64,000 nt of DNA from Eledone cirrhosa (lineage: Eukaryota). The notes beneath the pieces were generated by a model. That model was not told the DNA's origin, searched no databases, and saw only the letters and a program-made list of their open reading frames with translations. The position numbers and the translations under genes are program-made. Of this stretch, positions 25,230 through 38,867 are shown one piece after another. Positions within the stretch are counted from its first letter, which is position 1; the number at the start of each line of letters is the position of its first letter. Location: the NCBI GenBank assembly GCA_964016885.1, contig OZ024743.1, positions 296,670,001 through 296,734,000 of the forward strand. The letters are read 5' to 3'.

Positions 25230-25560
25230 GGAGGCACATGGCTTAGTGGTTAGAGCATTGGCTTTGCAATCGAAAGGTTGTGAATTCAATTCTCAGACCG
25301 GGTGATGTGTTGTTTCCTTGAGCAAGACACTTTATTTCTCATTGCTCCAGTTTACTCAGCTGTAGAAATGAGATGATAGCGACTGGGGTCCCTATCATTC
25401 CACTGTAAAGTGGTCGTGGAGGTGCCACGGCAAAAAAGCACCCAGCACTCACTGTTAATGAGGTTGGTGTTAGGAAGGGCAACCAGCTGTAGAAATCAAG
25501 CCAGAATGAGTTCCCGTCCCACCCTTGCAAGCAGGGAAAAGTGGACGTAAAATGAAATGA
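25230..25560 (+). mobile_element. Same SINE family as 21721
   Basis: Near-identical to the 21721 copy. Confidence 0.9.
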
Positions 25561-25761
25561 ATATATATATATACGTATGTATATATGTATATATATATGC
25601 TTATGTATATATATATGCTTATGTATATATATATATCTATGTATATATATATATACATATGTATATATGTATATATATATGCTTATGTATATATATATAT
25701 ATGTATATATATATATGCTTATGTATATATATATATGTATATATATATGCTTATGTATATA

Positions 25762-25835
<74 letters not shown>

Positions 25836-25919
25836 TATACACATATATATATATATATATACACATATATATATATATATATACATATGTATATGTATAT
25901 ATATGCATATATATATATG

Positions 25920-27235
25920 CGTTCATCATAGTCCTGCAGGCAATAACGGAGGAGTTTAAGACCGGATGCCCATGGGAACTCCTGTATGCTGATGACCTCG
26001 CACTTATAGTTGAATCTATGGTAGAACTAGAAAAGAAATTCCAAACTTGGAAGCAGGGACTAGAAAGAAAGAGTCTCAAAGTCAACATGACAAAGACTAA
26101 GGTCTTTGTAAGTAGACGAGAAAACAGAACCCAGATCCCCTCAAGGAAATGACCTTGTTCAGTATGTAGGAAAGGTGTAGGTAGGAACTCCATTCTCTGC
26201 CCCAAATGCAAACAATGGGTACACAAGAGATGTAGCGGGATCTCAGGAAGCTTAATTAAGAATGTAGGCTTCACATGCAGCAGCTGTACTGGGACAGCAA
26301 GCAGCAAACAGCTACAGGAAACAAGTACCACCAATCTCTGGGAGGGCTCTGTAGAGACAGTAGACAGCTTCTGCTACCTAGGTGACCGAATTAGCAGTGG
26401 AGGTGGGTGTTCAGAAAGTACAATAACTAGGGTAAGAACGGGATGGAAGAAGTTCAGGGAACTACTGCCACTGCTAGCTGCAAAAGTCTTCTCTCAAAAT
26501 GAAAGGCAGACTGTATGATGCGTGTATCCGAACAGCAATGTTACATGGAAGTGAGACCTGGGCGCTGAAGGTGGAAGACTTATGTAGATTAGAGAGACAC
26601 GAAGCCTTCATGCTCCGATGGATGTGTAATAGTAATATACGCGAACGACAAAGCATAAATGAATTGAGAGAGAGACTGAGCATAAGAGGAATCAAATGCT
26701 GTGTGCAGGAGAAGCGGTTGCGTTGGTATGGACATGTGATGCATATGAAGGATGACAGCTGCATAAAAAGGTGTAGAGCACTAGAAGTCGATGGAAACCG
26801 CGGAGTGGGGAGACCCAAGATGACCTGGGATGAGGTGATAAAAGCCGACCTTACCCAATTACACCTCTCAAAGGCGATGACACACGACCATGACCTCTGG
26901 CGTCACGCAGTAATACAGAGTACCCGACCTCCCATGGGTACAAGCTGAAGCATATAGACAATATGCCCCCACACCCTCCCACTGCAAGGTGGTCGTGGAG
27001 GTGCCACGGCAAAAAAGCACCCAGCCCACACTGTAAAGTGGATGTGTAGGCGCCATGGAAAAAAGCACCCAGCACTCACTGTAAATGAGGTTGGTGTTAG
27101 GAAGGGCATCCAGCTGTAGAAATCAAGCCAAATCAGTTCCTGTATGAGCAAGGCATGGTTGCCCACAACAGGACAACCCGTCTAACCCATGGTAGCATGG
27201 AAGAACGGACGTAAAACGGTGATGATGATGATGAT
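25920..27235 (+). mobile_element. 5'-truncated RTE LINE, subfamily whose 3'UTR is shared with the tRNA-CORE SINE
   Basis: [24 protein letters not shown] finger and LHGSETW motifs. (GAT)n tail. Embedded in (TA)n. Confidence 0.93.
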
Positions 27236-27552
27236 ATATATATGCATATGTATATATGTATATATATGCATATGCATATATATATATATATGCATATGTA
27301 TATATATATATGCATATGTGTATATATATATGTGTATATATATGTATATATATATTTGCATATGTGTATATATATATTGTGTTCGGAAAAGATTGTTTTG
27401 GTAAAAACAGGCATTAGCATGTGTGTTTTCCTGCCAGCGGCAAATGCATGACGGACATCTTGATTGCATGGAGAACCGTAGAAATAATTATTATGATTAA
27501 ACGATATATGTAACCTCAGCATCTTATTTTATTATGTATATATATATATATA

Positions 27553-28295
27553 TCATCATCATCATCATCATCATCGTTTAACGTCCATATTCCACGCTCG
27601 CATGGGTTTGGACGGGAGTTTTCCCACTTGAGGCAAGAGTGGTTGTCTTGCTCGCATAGGACCGTCTGGCGGGTTTTCTACGGCTGGATGCTCTTCCTAA
27701 CACCAACCACATTTACAGTGTGGAACTGGGACGTTTTTTACCGTGTTACCTACACGGCCACATTACAGCGTGGACTGTGTGTTTTTTTTGTCGTGACACC
27801 TACACGACCTCATTTGTTTCGGGCTGGATGTTGTGGATATATATATATATATATAGACCTTTGGCGGTACTCAGTAATAGAGAAGACCCGCCTTACCTAA
27901 ATACATAGTAAAACCTACTACAGCCAGTAGGCATCTCTAACAAAATACACCCCCGTCCCACCACCCACACCCCATCCACACCACCCCCTCCTATGTAAAG
28001 TTATGTTGGTGCCACAACATCCAGGCCGAAACAAATGAGATCGTGTAGGTGTCACGACAAAAAAACACACAGTCCACGCTGTAATGTGGCCGTGTAGGCA
28101 ACACGGTAAAAACCTCCCAGACCCACACTGTAAATGTGGTTGGTGTTAGGAAGGGCATCCAACTGTAGAAAACCTGCCAGACAGTCCTATGCGAGCAAGA
28201 CAATCACTCTTGCCTCAAGTGGGACTACCCCCGTCCAAACCCATGCAAGCGTGGAACACGGACGTTAAACGTTGATGATGATGATGATGATGATG
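27553..28295. mobile_element. Two RTE 3'UTR fragments in inverted orientation (27553-27838 -, 27856-28295 +)
   Basis: Both match the 3'UTR of the 5665-7740 element and have outward-facing (GAT)n tails. Confidence 0.88.
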
Positions 28296-28297
28296 AC

Positions 28298-28401
<104 letters not shown>

Positions 28402-28452
28402 GTATATGTATATATATATATATATGTATATGTATATATATATATACATATG

Positions 28453-28483
<31 letters not shown>

Positions 28484-29198
28484 GCATATGTGTTTATATA
28501 TATTTGTATGTATATATATATGCATATGTGTTTATATATATTTGTATGTATATATATATGCATACGGGGGGGGGGGGGTATAACACTGATTTTCTGGCAG
28601 CTTAAAGACTGGCATCTATTTTATTCCCAATGTCTGCTTTCCCTGCTAACAAGAGTTAGATGGGTCATCAACACTGTTTAACATCCATGTTTGCATGGGT
28701 TAGACGTGTTGTCACGTTATGAGACAACTTAAGTCAGGAGACCATGTCTTGCCCATATGGATCTGTATTTGGCTGGATGCCCTTCCTAACACCAACCATG
28801 TTACTGTGTAGTTTATGTGCTTTTTATTGTGGCACCAAAATGACCTCAAATTGGGTGGACTGGGTGCTTTTCGTCATGTCACCAGTACAAGCAACTTACA
28901 GGGTTGATTGGGTGCTTTTCTCTGTGTCACCAGCACGATTCCTCATGAAATATTAATTAGCCCTGCAAAAAAATAACTTGGCATAGGTTTGAACCAAAGT
29001 GTCAGAAAATCAGTGTTGCACCTGTATGTATTCATGTATAAGTGTGTATTATTTGGAAACTATTATATCTGTGTCTACAGATTTTGATTTTCTTCACTTT
29101 CTGAAGATTCCTGAGAGGGTGAAAGCAGATATTATTAACTCAAACTTATAATCTATTTAGGTAAATGTAAAAGTACATATATATATATATATATGTAT

Positions 29199-29535
29199 GG
29201 AGGCACATGGCTTAGTGGTTAGAGCATTGGCCTTGCAATCGAAAGGTTGTGAGTTCAATTCTCAGACCGGGTGATGTGTTGTTTCCTTGAGTAAGACACT
29301 TTATTTCACATTGCTCCAGTTTACTCAGCTGTAGAAATGAGATGATAGGGACTGGGGTCCATATCATTCCACTGCAAAGTGGTCGTGCAGGTGCCACGGC
29401 AAAAAAGCACCCAGCACTCACTGTAAATGAGGTTGGTGTTAGGAAGGGCATCCAGCTGTAGAAATCAAGCCGGAATCAGTTCCCGTCCCACCCTTGCAAG
29501 CAGGGAAAATACAGACGTAAAATGATGATGATGAT
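29199..29535 (+). mobile_element. Same SINE family as 21721
   Basis: Near-identical to the 21721 copy, preceded by (TA)n. Confidence 0.9.
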
Positions 29536-30334
29536 GTATGTATGTAAACACAGACACATACTGTTACTTGTGATTTTCTATTATGAAAGAATGAGCCATC
29601 AGTATGTAAATATAGAGGTAATTTACATATTTTTATACATAGCATGTATTTTCCATTATCAGAACTTGTACTGCATGTAGTCGGGCTTAATCAATAGTTT
29701 TGTATTTGTAAACGTCGAGATATTTACTCATTCAAAATTGATGATCAGGCATATGATGCATGTGCAAGTTCTGATAATGAAGAATATGTACTTTTGCCAA
29801 TAATACCTATGAAACTGGCAGGATTTTTTATGTAATATTAATACTATGTATTGAAATACATATATATGTGTGTATGTGTGTCTTTTATTTACTGTCTTCA
29901 GTTGAAATGTTCTTTAGACTCAAATTTGATTTTTTTTTTTTTTTTTTCCCCGTTTATATCAATTTTGTGAACAGTGATGGTACATCTGTTGTTGGTATTA
30001 TTGTATTTAACTAATGTGTGATCTCTTAATTACAGCTTATACAACAGTTGTTTTATTTTATTCAATATTTTTTTACACCTCTCCTCTTTAAAACTCTATT
30101 AAGTATAAACAAATTAACTTGGAAATCGAATTTTGAGATGCAAGTGTATTAGAATTCTCAGGAAAATGGAAAAACTTGGCATATGGAAGCTGTTAAAATA
30201 GCAAAATACCATCAAAGTAACATTGGGTTATGACAAACAACACTGTTCTGTTCACAATACTGCTGTCACTCAAAACTGAATATTTTTTTCACATTAATTT
30301 CATTCTATAGTCAATAATGTAAATATAATATGTA

Positions 30335-30365
<31 letters not shown>

Positions 30366-30461
30366 TAAAAAGTTAAACAAGATTCAATGAGTACATCAAA
30401 GAATGAGTTTTACAGTAGATTGGAAGCACTCTACAGGAAAATATTTTCCAGAGTTATTAAT

Positions 30462-30744
30462 ATATTAAATTCAAATATTAATAAAATAGATGTTCTTGTG
30501 ATCAATTAAATTTTATTATACATATTTCAGAGGTACGTGAATCAGATTCAACAGTACGTCCTCATCAGACTAGACTACCTTGATTAAATCTTAACCATCT
30601 AACATCTCAGGGTATGTCACGTATCATTTTATTTTATCTGATGAGGACATACTGTTGAATCTGATTCATGTACCTCTGAAATATGTATAATAAAATTTAA
30701 TTGATCACAAGAACATCTATTTTATTAATATTTGAATTTAATAT
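30462..30744. repeat. Inverted repeat, 108-bp arms and 67-bp spacer
   Basis: 30462-30569 versus 30637-30744. Confidence 0.95.
30631..30696 (+). ncRNA. Type I hammerhead ribozyme motif; an inverted copy lacking stem I lies at 30510-30569 (-)
   Basis: attttat-CTGATGA(30638-44)-long stem II (tgaat/attca)-GAAA(30678-81)-ATATGTAT-A(30689)-ataaaat. Confidence 0.8.
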
Positions 30745-31019
30745 TATATATATATATATAGAGAGAGAGAGTGAGAGAGTACGCGGTGTTGAGACTGGAA
30801 AGACCTCTAATCATAGACGTACTTAATGCATGGGGAAAAGCAGAGTGGGTGTAGAGGTGTGTAAAATTCTGACCATGGTGCCAAGTGCAGCACAAGTTGA
30901 AACTGCTATATATATATATAAATATTTCATACTAAATAAGCTCTCTTGTTTTCCTTGATCTTTATCTACGGATATCCTATATACATACATATATATATAA
31001 TTTTTTTTTTCATATATAT

Positions 31020-31086
<67 letters not shown>

Positions 31087-33927
31087 TGAATATGAGTATG
31101 TGTATGGTTAAAAACACCACTTGACAGATTTTAACAGAATTTGATGTTCAGTTACTTGTTGTTCCTACCAATGTGGCAGGTTTGTATGTAGAGGAGTGAT
31201 ATATTTATGTTATATGACAGTGTGTCAGTTGATATTAAAGGACTATTGTTTCAAACATGAGAGATTCCAGTACATCAAAATATAAAAAAAAAACATCTTA
31301 ATCCACACAAACGTTTATTTAGTTAACTTAGAAATCGTAACTCATTTCTGTTACCTATACATCATTTGGTTTAAATATTTTCTTTTTCTTGAATTCAGGT
31401 GTAATTTAAATATTTATTTATCAGAAGAGAAATATCAATGTTAGTTATTAGAATAAACTAAATTATGCATGCCTGCTTGAATATACTGCTATACTTATAC
31501 ACAGCTTGTGTATAGTATACATATATATTATTGAATGGGCAGGACTGTTAGAGTATTAACTCTTTAGTATTTAAATTACTCTATATTTACTATTATATTT
31601 TTGTAGTAAAGTTTTTATCTCACATAATTATCTCACATAATATCGAATCTATGAGATTTTTATATTATTTATTTTGAGAATAATACTTTAAGATTGTATG
31701 AGATTGGTTACAGCCAGTTTGAATAAAAAGAGGAGAATTTTGGCCAGATATAGCCGATTTAACTGCTATGGGGTTAAACAAAATACCATGTGATATTTAG
31801 TTATGGCTTTTTATGTTCTAAGTTCAAATCCTGTCAAGATCAACTTTGCCTTTCATTTTTCCAGGGTCAATAAAATAAAGTGTAGTACTGGGGGTCAATT
31901 TAATTGAGTTTTCCCCTCCTCACAAGTTGCTGGCCTTGTGCTTAAATTAGAAGACTGATAGAATCGTTACAGCATCAGACTAAATGCTTTATAATGTTTA
32001 GCTACAGCCCTTTACCTTCTGAGTTTAGATCCCGCTGAGGTCAACTTTAATTTTCATCCTTTCAGGGTCGATAAAATAAAGTACCAGTGAAATACTGGGT
32101 AGATATAATCAACTTTCCCTTCATCACAAATTACTGGCCTTGTGTTTAAATTCAAATCTTTATTATTATATTATATTCCTACCTTCTGGTAGATTTTGAC
32201 AACATTTTTTTGGTAAAATTGTGTCTTAATCACCAAAAAATAACATGGTTTGTAGGTTTAAAATGATGAAAATCTGAAAAATATTTTGCTTATTTCATAA
32301 ATGTCTTTGCAAGATGTAATTTTTTTTTTTTCTTCACTGAGTGTTGTAATTATTGTTGTTTTTTGTTGTGTTCATTCATTCACTTTTTTATTTTATTTAT
32401 ATTATTTCATAGTCATGAAAAATAGTAATAACTTTTCTAATACTACTACCTAATATCAAAGCATTTTTTATCAATAGCTTAAGACTACTATTGCTTAAAT
32501 TGGTGACAGGGTGCTTCCAATTGTCATAACACTACTAATAATTATTTTTATTTGTTTTATTGACATTGGTGGTGAAGGTATACTGTGTATTATATATTGA
32601 TTGATTTTTTTTATATGAACCTGTTTCTTTGGTATTGATGTTATTGATATGTTATTGAAATTACACATTTACACACACACATACACATTATCTTTAGGTT
32701 AGTAATAAAGTTTCCTTACTCAACTCTGGCACACAGCTAAGTAGTTATGTGGTGCTGGTCTCAAAATTGTTAGGTCAAAAATTTAATTTCTGGACTAAGC
32801 AGTACATTGTGTCTTTGAGCATGAGACTTCATTTCATGTTGCTCCAGTTCACTCAGCTGCAAAATATGAGCCTCAGCAGTAGTTAGGGGTTAACTTTTGA
32901 CAGATTCTGTCACTTAATGCCACATGAAACCAGGATAAGCTCCAGTCTGATGAGCCTCTAAAACTCAAGAAAGACTTTAATTGGTTTATATAAATATCAT
33001 TTGTCCTGACCTAAACTGTTATGTAAATTTAACTTGTACTCATATGTAGATAGTCTTTACATCTTTGCTCCACATCTATTGTATGAGCATATGCAAGAAG
33101 ATATAGGAAAAATGTTAATCTTTTTGATACCAAACAAGCTTAAACTACACCTTTTTTATGATACAGAGCTGTTTATTTTAATGTGTTTATATTTATCTAA
33201 AAAAAAAACCACCTTAATTTTATGTAAGAATCATAAAGCTCTGCTCCAAACACCAGCTTAATAGTGAGAAATTACATTACTAAATACCACCAAATTATTG
33301 ATGATGTTCAAAATGATTTGAAAATTACTTTCACTAGAAATATGATATCAAACAAACAATTTTCATGTCAGATAGACAACTGAACAAATAAAACCAAAAT
33401 AAATCTCATGAATTTCATATGCTATATTCAGTTATACCATTGAAGAGTCATTTTAAATATTCAAAATGCTTTAAAAAATTGACTTTTTCATTTCCATATT
33501 TCTTATAAAATATACTGCTTATGAATTTGAAATAATTTGAAACAAATTGAGGTATTTAGTAATATAACTAACTTTCCCATTATTTAGTTGGGGTTTAGAA
33601 TGAAATTTAAGAAAAGGTTCACACAAAAAAATTATAATGGAATGTTTAAGTTTAAACATGAACACTTGAAAACAAATGTTTCTTCATCATAGAAGCAGAG
33701 CCTGTTTCAGGTGAGTTGTTATCAAAAGAGTTGGATTCACTTCTTGCTTATTTCCTGGTTTCAAAATTTTCACTCTACTTTTTACGATGTGGTCATTGGC
33801 AATAGATCCATTAATATCAGCATCTTATCTTCAATCAAGTCACTTGCTAAACAAGTAAAACTCCATGACTTACCATAATGTCTATTCAGAATATATTTCC
33901 AGCAGTTCTTTTCTTTTTCTTCATCAG

Positions 33928-34161
33928 CTGATATTGCCGAACATTTGTGTGAGCGAGTCCTAAGTGTTCTTTTCGAGATTTGGATTTTAGCATGTGCTCG
34001 ATGTTTTCCATCACCTTCTTTGTGGAAGACTTTCCGTGACATGTGTGTTTATTGGCGCCATCATGATGCCCTAGTTCAACAATGGCATCGCATCAACCAC
34101 TCGCTGTTATCACGTTTGCTCAAGATCATGTATGGACCCAATTACCCCGAATTACAAATAC
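33928..34161 (+). CDS. RALGAPB: RALGAPB exon (ADIAEHLCERVLSVLFEIWILACARCFPSPSLWKT...YGPNYPELQI)
   Basis: Polypyrimidine tract plus cag acceptor and gtaagt donor. Matches recalled [33 protein letters not shown]. Confidence 0.95.
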
Positions 34162-34559
34162 GTAAGTTGGATCTTCTCATGGATTTTCTTTTGTTTTTAT
34201 TTTTCAATTTGTGAATAATTATTTCAATTTACCATTATTGTTATCATTATTCATTTTATTTCTTTTTTATTTGCCTTTTATCCCACTGAGATCAATAAAA
34301 TAAATACCTGTCAAATACCAGATCAACTAATCAAATATACCCTTCTCACTTCTCCACACAAATTTTAAGAAAAACATATCCATGCTAACATGGAAAATGG
34401 ATATTAAATGAGAATGATATATGTGTGTGTATGTGTATATATATATGTGTGTTCAGTGCCTTTTTTAACTATGGTTGCCCCCTGGCATAACTCAGGAATC
34501 TACACACACACATATGTATATGGATGTGTGCCTACTTTAGAAATCATCATCATTAATAT

Positions 34560-34815
34560 TTTCCACATCGCAAACCAACCTTGTGGTATATTTACAATCC
34601 TAGGATCAAGTCATAACCAATAACCCAAGGTTTTTCAGGATTCTTTCATTAGCTCAATATATTAGCACATTTCTTTAGAATCCTTGCAGTTCCTAATAAT
34701 GTGATTTTCTGTAATAAATCTGTTTGAATTTCAATTCAAATTTTCTCAAAGCATGATTTCGTTTTCTTCATGATTATACCAAGAGTGCCCACTACAACTG
34801 GCTTTATTTCCATAC
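34560..34815 (-). mobile_element. R4/Dong-like non-LTR 3' fragment (restriction-like endonuclease C-terminus)
   Basis: Minus strand reads VVGTLGII...LQKITLLGTARIL. Confidence 0.65.
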
Positions 34816-35229
34816 ACATCATTATAAATCCTGCTGAGGTTAACTTTGCCTTTCATCTTTACGGGGTCGATAAAATAAAGTACCAGTAACGTACTGGAGT
34901 CGATTTAATTGACTTTCCCCTCCCCCAAAAATTACTGGCCTTGTGCCTATACTAGAAATCATTGGTATTATTATTATTATTAGGGTGGTGGGTTGGCAGT
35001 ATCGGTAGAGCATCGGACACCTTTGCTTCATTAGAGGTACTGCCTTTTACGTCCTGAGTTCAAATCCCGCCGAAGTTGGCTTTGCCTTTCATCCTTACGG
35101 GGTTGATAAATTAAAGCACCAGTAATGACTGGGGTTGATTCAATCGATTTTCCCCTCTCCCCAAAATTGCTGGCCTTGTGCTTATAGTAGAAATCATTAT
35201 TATTATTATCTCTTGAATGCTGGCAGATC

Positions 35230-35430
35230 TTCAACCAAATTTAACCTTTGGAAGCATGTCATAACAAATGACTAGAAGTTCCAAATTTAAGTCTCCAAGA
35301 CTTTTATCAAAATTCTTGCTGTTCCTAACAAGGCTGTATTTTGTAGTGTGTGTTTTTATTTCTATCCCAAGCTTTCCAAGCCAATCCCCTAATTTCCTTG
35401 ACACTGCTCCAAGTGCTATTATTATTATTG
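35230..35430 (-). mobile_element. Second R4/Dong-like 3' fragment next to (TAT)n
   Basis: Minus strand reads ALGAVSRKLGDWLGKLGIE...LQNTALLGTARILIKVLET*. Confidence 0.65.
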
Positions 35431-35554
35431 TTGTTATATATCAGTTTCAAGTTAGATTTTATCACAATATATTTCATGAAAGAATTTGTTTTCAATTTTT
35501 TAATAAAAAAACTGAAAAATTTGGCCAATTAATCCATTACCTGGAGTAGACAAA

Positions 35555-36180
35555 GTATGTCTTTTCAACAATGGAGAAATTATTGAGATGCTTAAGAGGA
35601 AGTATATAGATGTGTGTTGTGTGCAAGAGGTGGGATGGAGAGAAGCCTCGATTAAACTTCTCGTGGGCAAGGAACATAGAAACAAGTTCTTCTCCAGAGG
35701 TAGAAATGACAGAATAGGTGGGGTAAGAATACTTTTAGCAGGGAAATGGGTAGATAACATGATAAAGATAAAGTATATGACAGGATATTAAACTTAGATT
35801 AGTCCTGGATAATACAATTGCTACTATTCTTTTTGTATATGCAATACAAGCTGGACTTGCAGATGAACAGGAGGACTGCTTCAATGAGGTGTTTCTGCAG
35901 ATACCTCAATGAAGAACAACACAGATATCATTATCTTGGCTGGTGACTTTAATGGACATTTTGGGCAACACAAAAATGGATTCCATAGTGTGTATGGAAG
36001 TTCTGTAATGCAAATAACTTAACAATCTGTAATAAACTTCAGGAAAGCAGCTAGCCACTTGGTCGCCTATTAATCAGGCAAATACACAAGTAAATTGACT
36101 TTACTCTCGCTAGAAAACATGATAGACAAATGACTGTAAAGATGAAAACCTTCCCTGGGGAAGTATGTGCCATCCAGTTG
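35555..36180 (+). mobile_element. RTE LINE APE-endonuclease fragment
   Basis: MLKRKYIDVCCVQEVGWR and LAGDFNGH motifs. Confidence 0.8.
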
Positions 36181-36638
36181 AATGGTCATTGTTGAAACTG
36201 ACAGAGAATCCATCATATACTATACAAAAGTTTCCAGTGGAAACTTTGGTACAGTATAAAAAGCTTTGTTGGCATATCTAAAAATCCAGGTATAACTACC
36301 ATACATTTTCTTTGTGGCATAAAGATAAAAGAAGCATAATTGCACTCTCCAAGAACATCTGAGATTTAAAAGGTAGAGGGTTTCTTAATTACAGTAGTGA
36401 TCAAAGCTGCACCTTCATATATCCCTCATTCTATGATACAACAATGTTTGTTTTAAAATGTTTACATTTATCTAAAAACCTTCAATCATAATTTTATATA
36501 AGAACCTTTGTTTAATAATCAGAAAGATTTAATAATGAGTAAGTTAGTGATATTACAATCCTTGCAAGCAGGGAAAAGCGGACGTAAAATGATGATGATT
36601 AGTAATATATCTTTTCACCTGTTTTATCTTTATGACAG

Positions 36639-36902
36639 CTGAAGAAGATTGCCAGCTCATACCTTCAGAAATGACAAATGACTGCATAGCACAAAGCTGG
36701 TTCCGTTTTTTACATATACTGCAGAATCCTGTAGACCTATGCCATCCAGAGATTATTGGAAAAACACCAAAATTTTTTGAAATGGTATTGGATTGTGCTA
36801 CCAATGTTATTGACTCTTATGAACATGAATGCTTGAAATCTTTACCAATTATATTTGTTCACTCCATGCATGGTATATCAGTCATGGTCAATGCCTTTCT
36901 TG
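36639..36902 (+). CDS. RALGAPB: RALGAPB exon (PEEDCQLIPSEMTNDCIAQSWFRFLHILQNPVDL...VNAFL)
   Basis: cag acceptor and gtaagt donor, phase 1-1. Matches recalled [28 protein letters not shown]. Confidence 0.95.
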
Positions 36903-36931
36903 GTAAGTAAAAATATAACATTTTATTTATA

Positions 36932-37190
36932 TTAACCCTTTTGTTAACAAACTCACTTAAATCTTGGTTCTGTGATTACAAAACTGTTTGTTTTAAAATA
37001 TTTATATTTGTTTAAAAACCTACAATCATACTTTTATGTAAGAACTTTGTTAACCTATTCTCCAAACACCAGCTTAATAATGAGAAAATTAGTTATATTA
37101 CTAAATCCCTCAAAATTCTTCATTATTTTCAGTGATTAGAAAATCATAGGCAGTGTTTTTTTTATTATAAAAACATTCAAAGAGTTAAAG
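36932..37190. mobile_element. piggyBac-like MITE (ttaaccct...a(g/a)gttaa)
   Basis: TTAA-CCCT terminus and shared internal motif ctccaaacaccagcttaataatgagaaa. About 10 degenerate copies, e.g. 33115-33350, 40490-40690, 52044-52505, 57770-58015 and 58980-59165. Confidence 0.65.
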
Positions 37191-37842
37191 CATACTTTCA
37201 TGTTTCTGTTTTTGATTGTTGTTGTTTTACCCCAGATAGCCCTGATCAAATACATCTAAAGTCAGAGCCATTCCCATATCAAACCATATTGGCCTGTAGA
37301 ATTTGTTCTAGCTCTCTGCACTCCAAGTTCAAATTCTGCTACGGTTAACTTTGCCTTTCATCATTCTGCAGTCAATGATAAAATAAAGTACCAGTCCAGG
37401 GTGGTGGTAATTTGGCAGAATTGTTAGAGCATCAAACAAGATGCCTCGCAATATTTGTTGTGGTTCTTTGTATTTTGTTTAACAATACCCAGTTTAACAA
37501 TACCACCTGGCCCTTGGGGGGTCTTTAGCAGAGTCAACGCTGTTACAAGTATTCAAACCCGGTGTCTGATTTGAAGATTCCTTCCTCTCTCCCTTCCCCT
37601 TCCACCATTTTAATTTGCAGTGGATGGGACAACCTCTGTAAAGTAGTTAATGAATTAATTGAGTGTTTATGAAAGAATTAACCATGCATTTATGAAGTGA
37701 TTAAATGAGAATTTACAGAAAGATTATCTTTACATTTATGAAAAATTAACTGTGTTTATAGAGCAATTAGCTGTATTTATGGAGGGATCAACTGTCAATT
37801 CATGAAAAAATTAATTCAAAGCTCCATATCCTAAATGAAAAT

Positions 37843-37995
37843 GCAGGCACAGTTATGTGGTTAAGAGGTTTGCTTTGCAGCCACATAACTTTGGGCTCCA
37901 TCCCACTACATGACACCTTGTGCAAATGTCATCTATTATAACCTTGTTGGTGAATTTGATAGATGAAAACTGTAAGAAAGCCTGTCTTTTGTGTA
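37843..37995 (+). mobile_element. Old CORE-like SINE (gtggttaag...ttggtagatgaaaactg...gaaagcc)
   Basis: Related copies at about 41583-41740 (+), 48820-48980 (-), 56450-56600 (-) and 62845-62975 (-). Confidence 0.65.
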
Positions 37996-38154
37996 TGGTG
38001 GGAGTGGCAGTCAGAAGCCAGCAGACAAAGAAACTTCCTAAGATTTCCTGCTAAACAAACAAACAATTAGCCTCAAGGTACATGCATAATTACAATGTTT
38101 TCATATATAGTCAAAGAAGCTAACATTTATTCCACTGTTACCGTTTGATTTCAG

Positions 38155-38298
38155 GTATTCCCCAGTTTACAAAGGATTTGGCTAATTCTACAAATACATC
38201 CAACACTCGAACTTCCAGCACTGCCTGTACACCACCTGGTCAACGGAAGCCACCCATGAGACCATTCTCTGCTGTAACAGCACCACTCACCCAAAAAA
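38155..38298 (+). CDS. RALGAPB: RALGAPB exon, Ser/Thr/Pro-rich linker (GIPQFTKDLANSTN...CTPPGQRKPP...TQK)
   Basis: tttcag acceptor, gtaact donor, open frame, phase 1-1. Completes FL-GI and carries a TPP.xR motif like the vertebrate linker. Absent from the ORF track. Confidence 0.8.
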
Positions 38299-38867
38299 GT
38301 AACTAATTATTATTATTGTTATTAGTCTAAAAATCAATGTCCAAATTCTACTTACTATGCTTAATCTTCTTGATACCAAACTACATTAACCCTCTTAGAC
38401 TTGGGCCCCTGTGTTTAATTTTACCCTCCACCTGGGGTGCTGAGCAAAAGAATAATTAGTTGCATACACAGCTCAAGAGTAATGATTGCAGGCAAACTAA
38501 TAAACAGAATCAACACAAGATGCAGTAAATGTGTCTACCCACCCTTCCTCTAGATTTACATAATCTCCACCACCCCTATCAGTATCAGCTGTGTGAGGGC
38601 CACACCAAATTTGTTCACTCGAAACACTAATTTCCTCGCCACTTTCACAAGTTTCATTGTTCAAATCACTCTCGCAGTCTGCATTATTGAAATTTTTACT
38701 CACCTTTGTCCATAGAATAAATATCATCAATAATTTCTTCAACAGGGCAATCTTTCTTTTTTTTATCAAAATCAAAAGTAACAATGAGTCATAAACACAC
38801 ATAACTAAAAGCTGCTATGTGATCGCTTGTCTATTTTTACTATTTTTTATGTGTGTTGCTTTAATGG

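Noticed and set aside
29095-29140. CTGAAGA-tcct/aggg-GAAA
   Set aside because: Core and stem II are present, but there is no stem III, cleavage triplet or stem I pairing. At most a remnant.
30785-30815. GAAAgacctcTA after (GA)n
   Set aside because: Only a possible 3' half, with no catalytic core upstream.
38497-38802. Minus-strand acidic ORF
   Set aside because: No recognisable domain. It may be a degraded transposon fragment but I cannot support a call.
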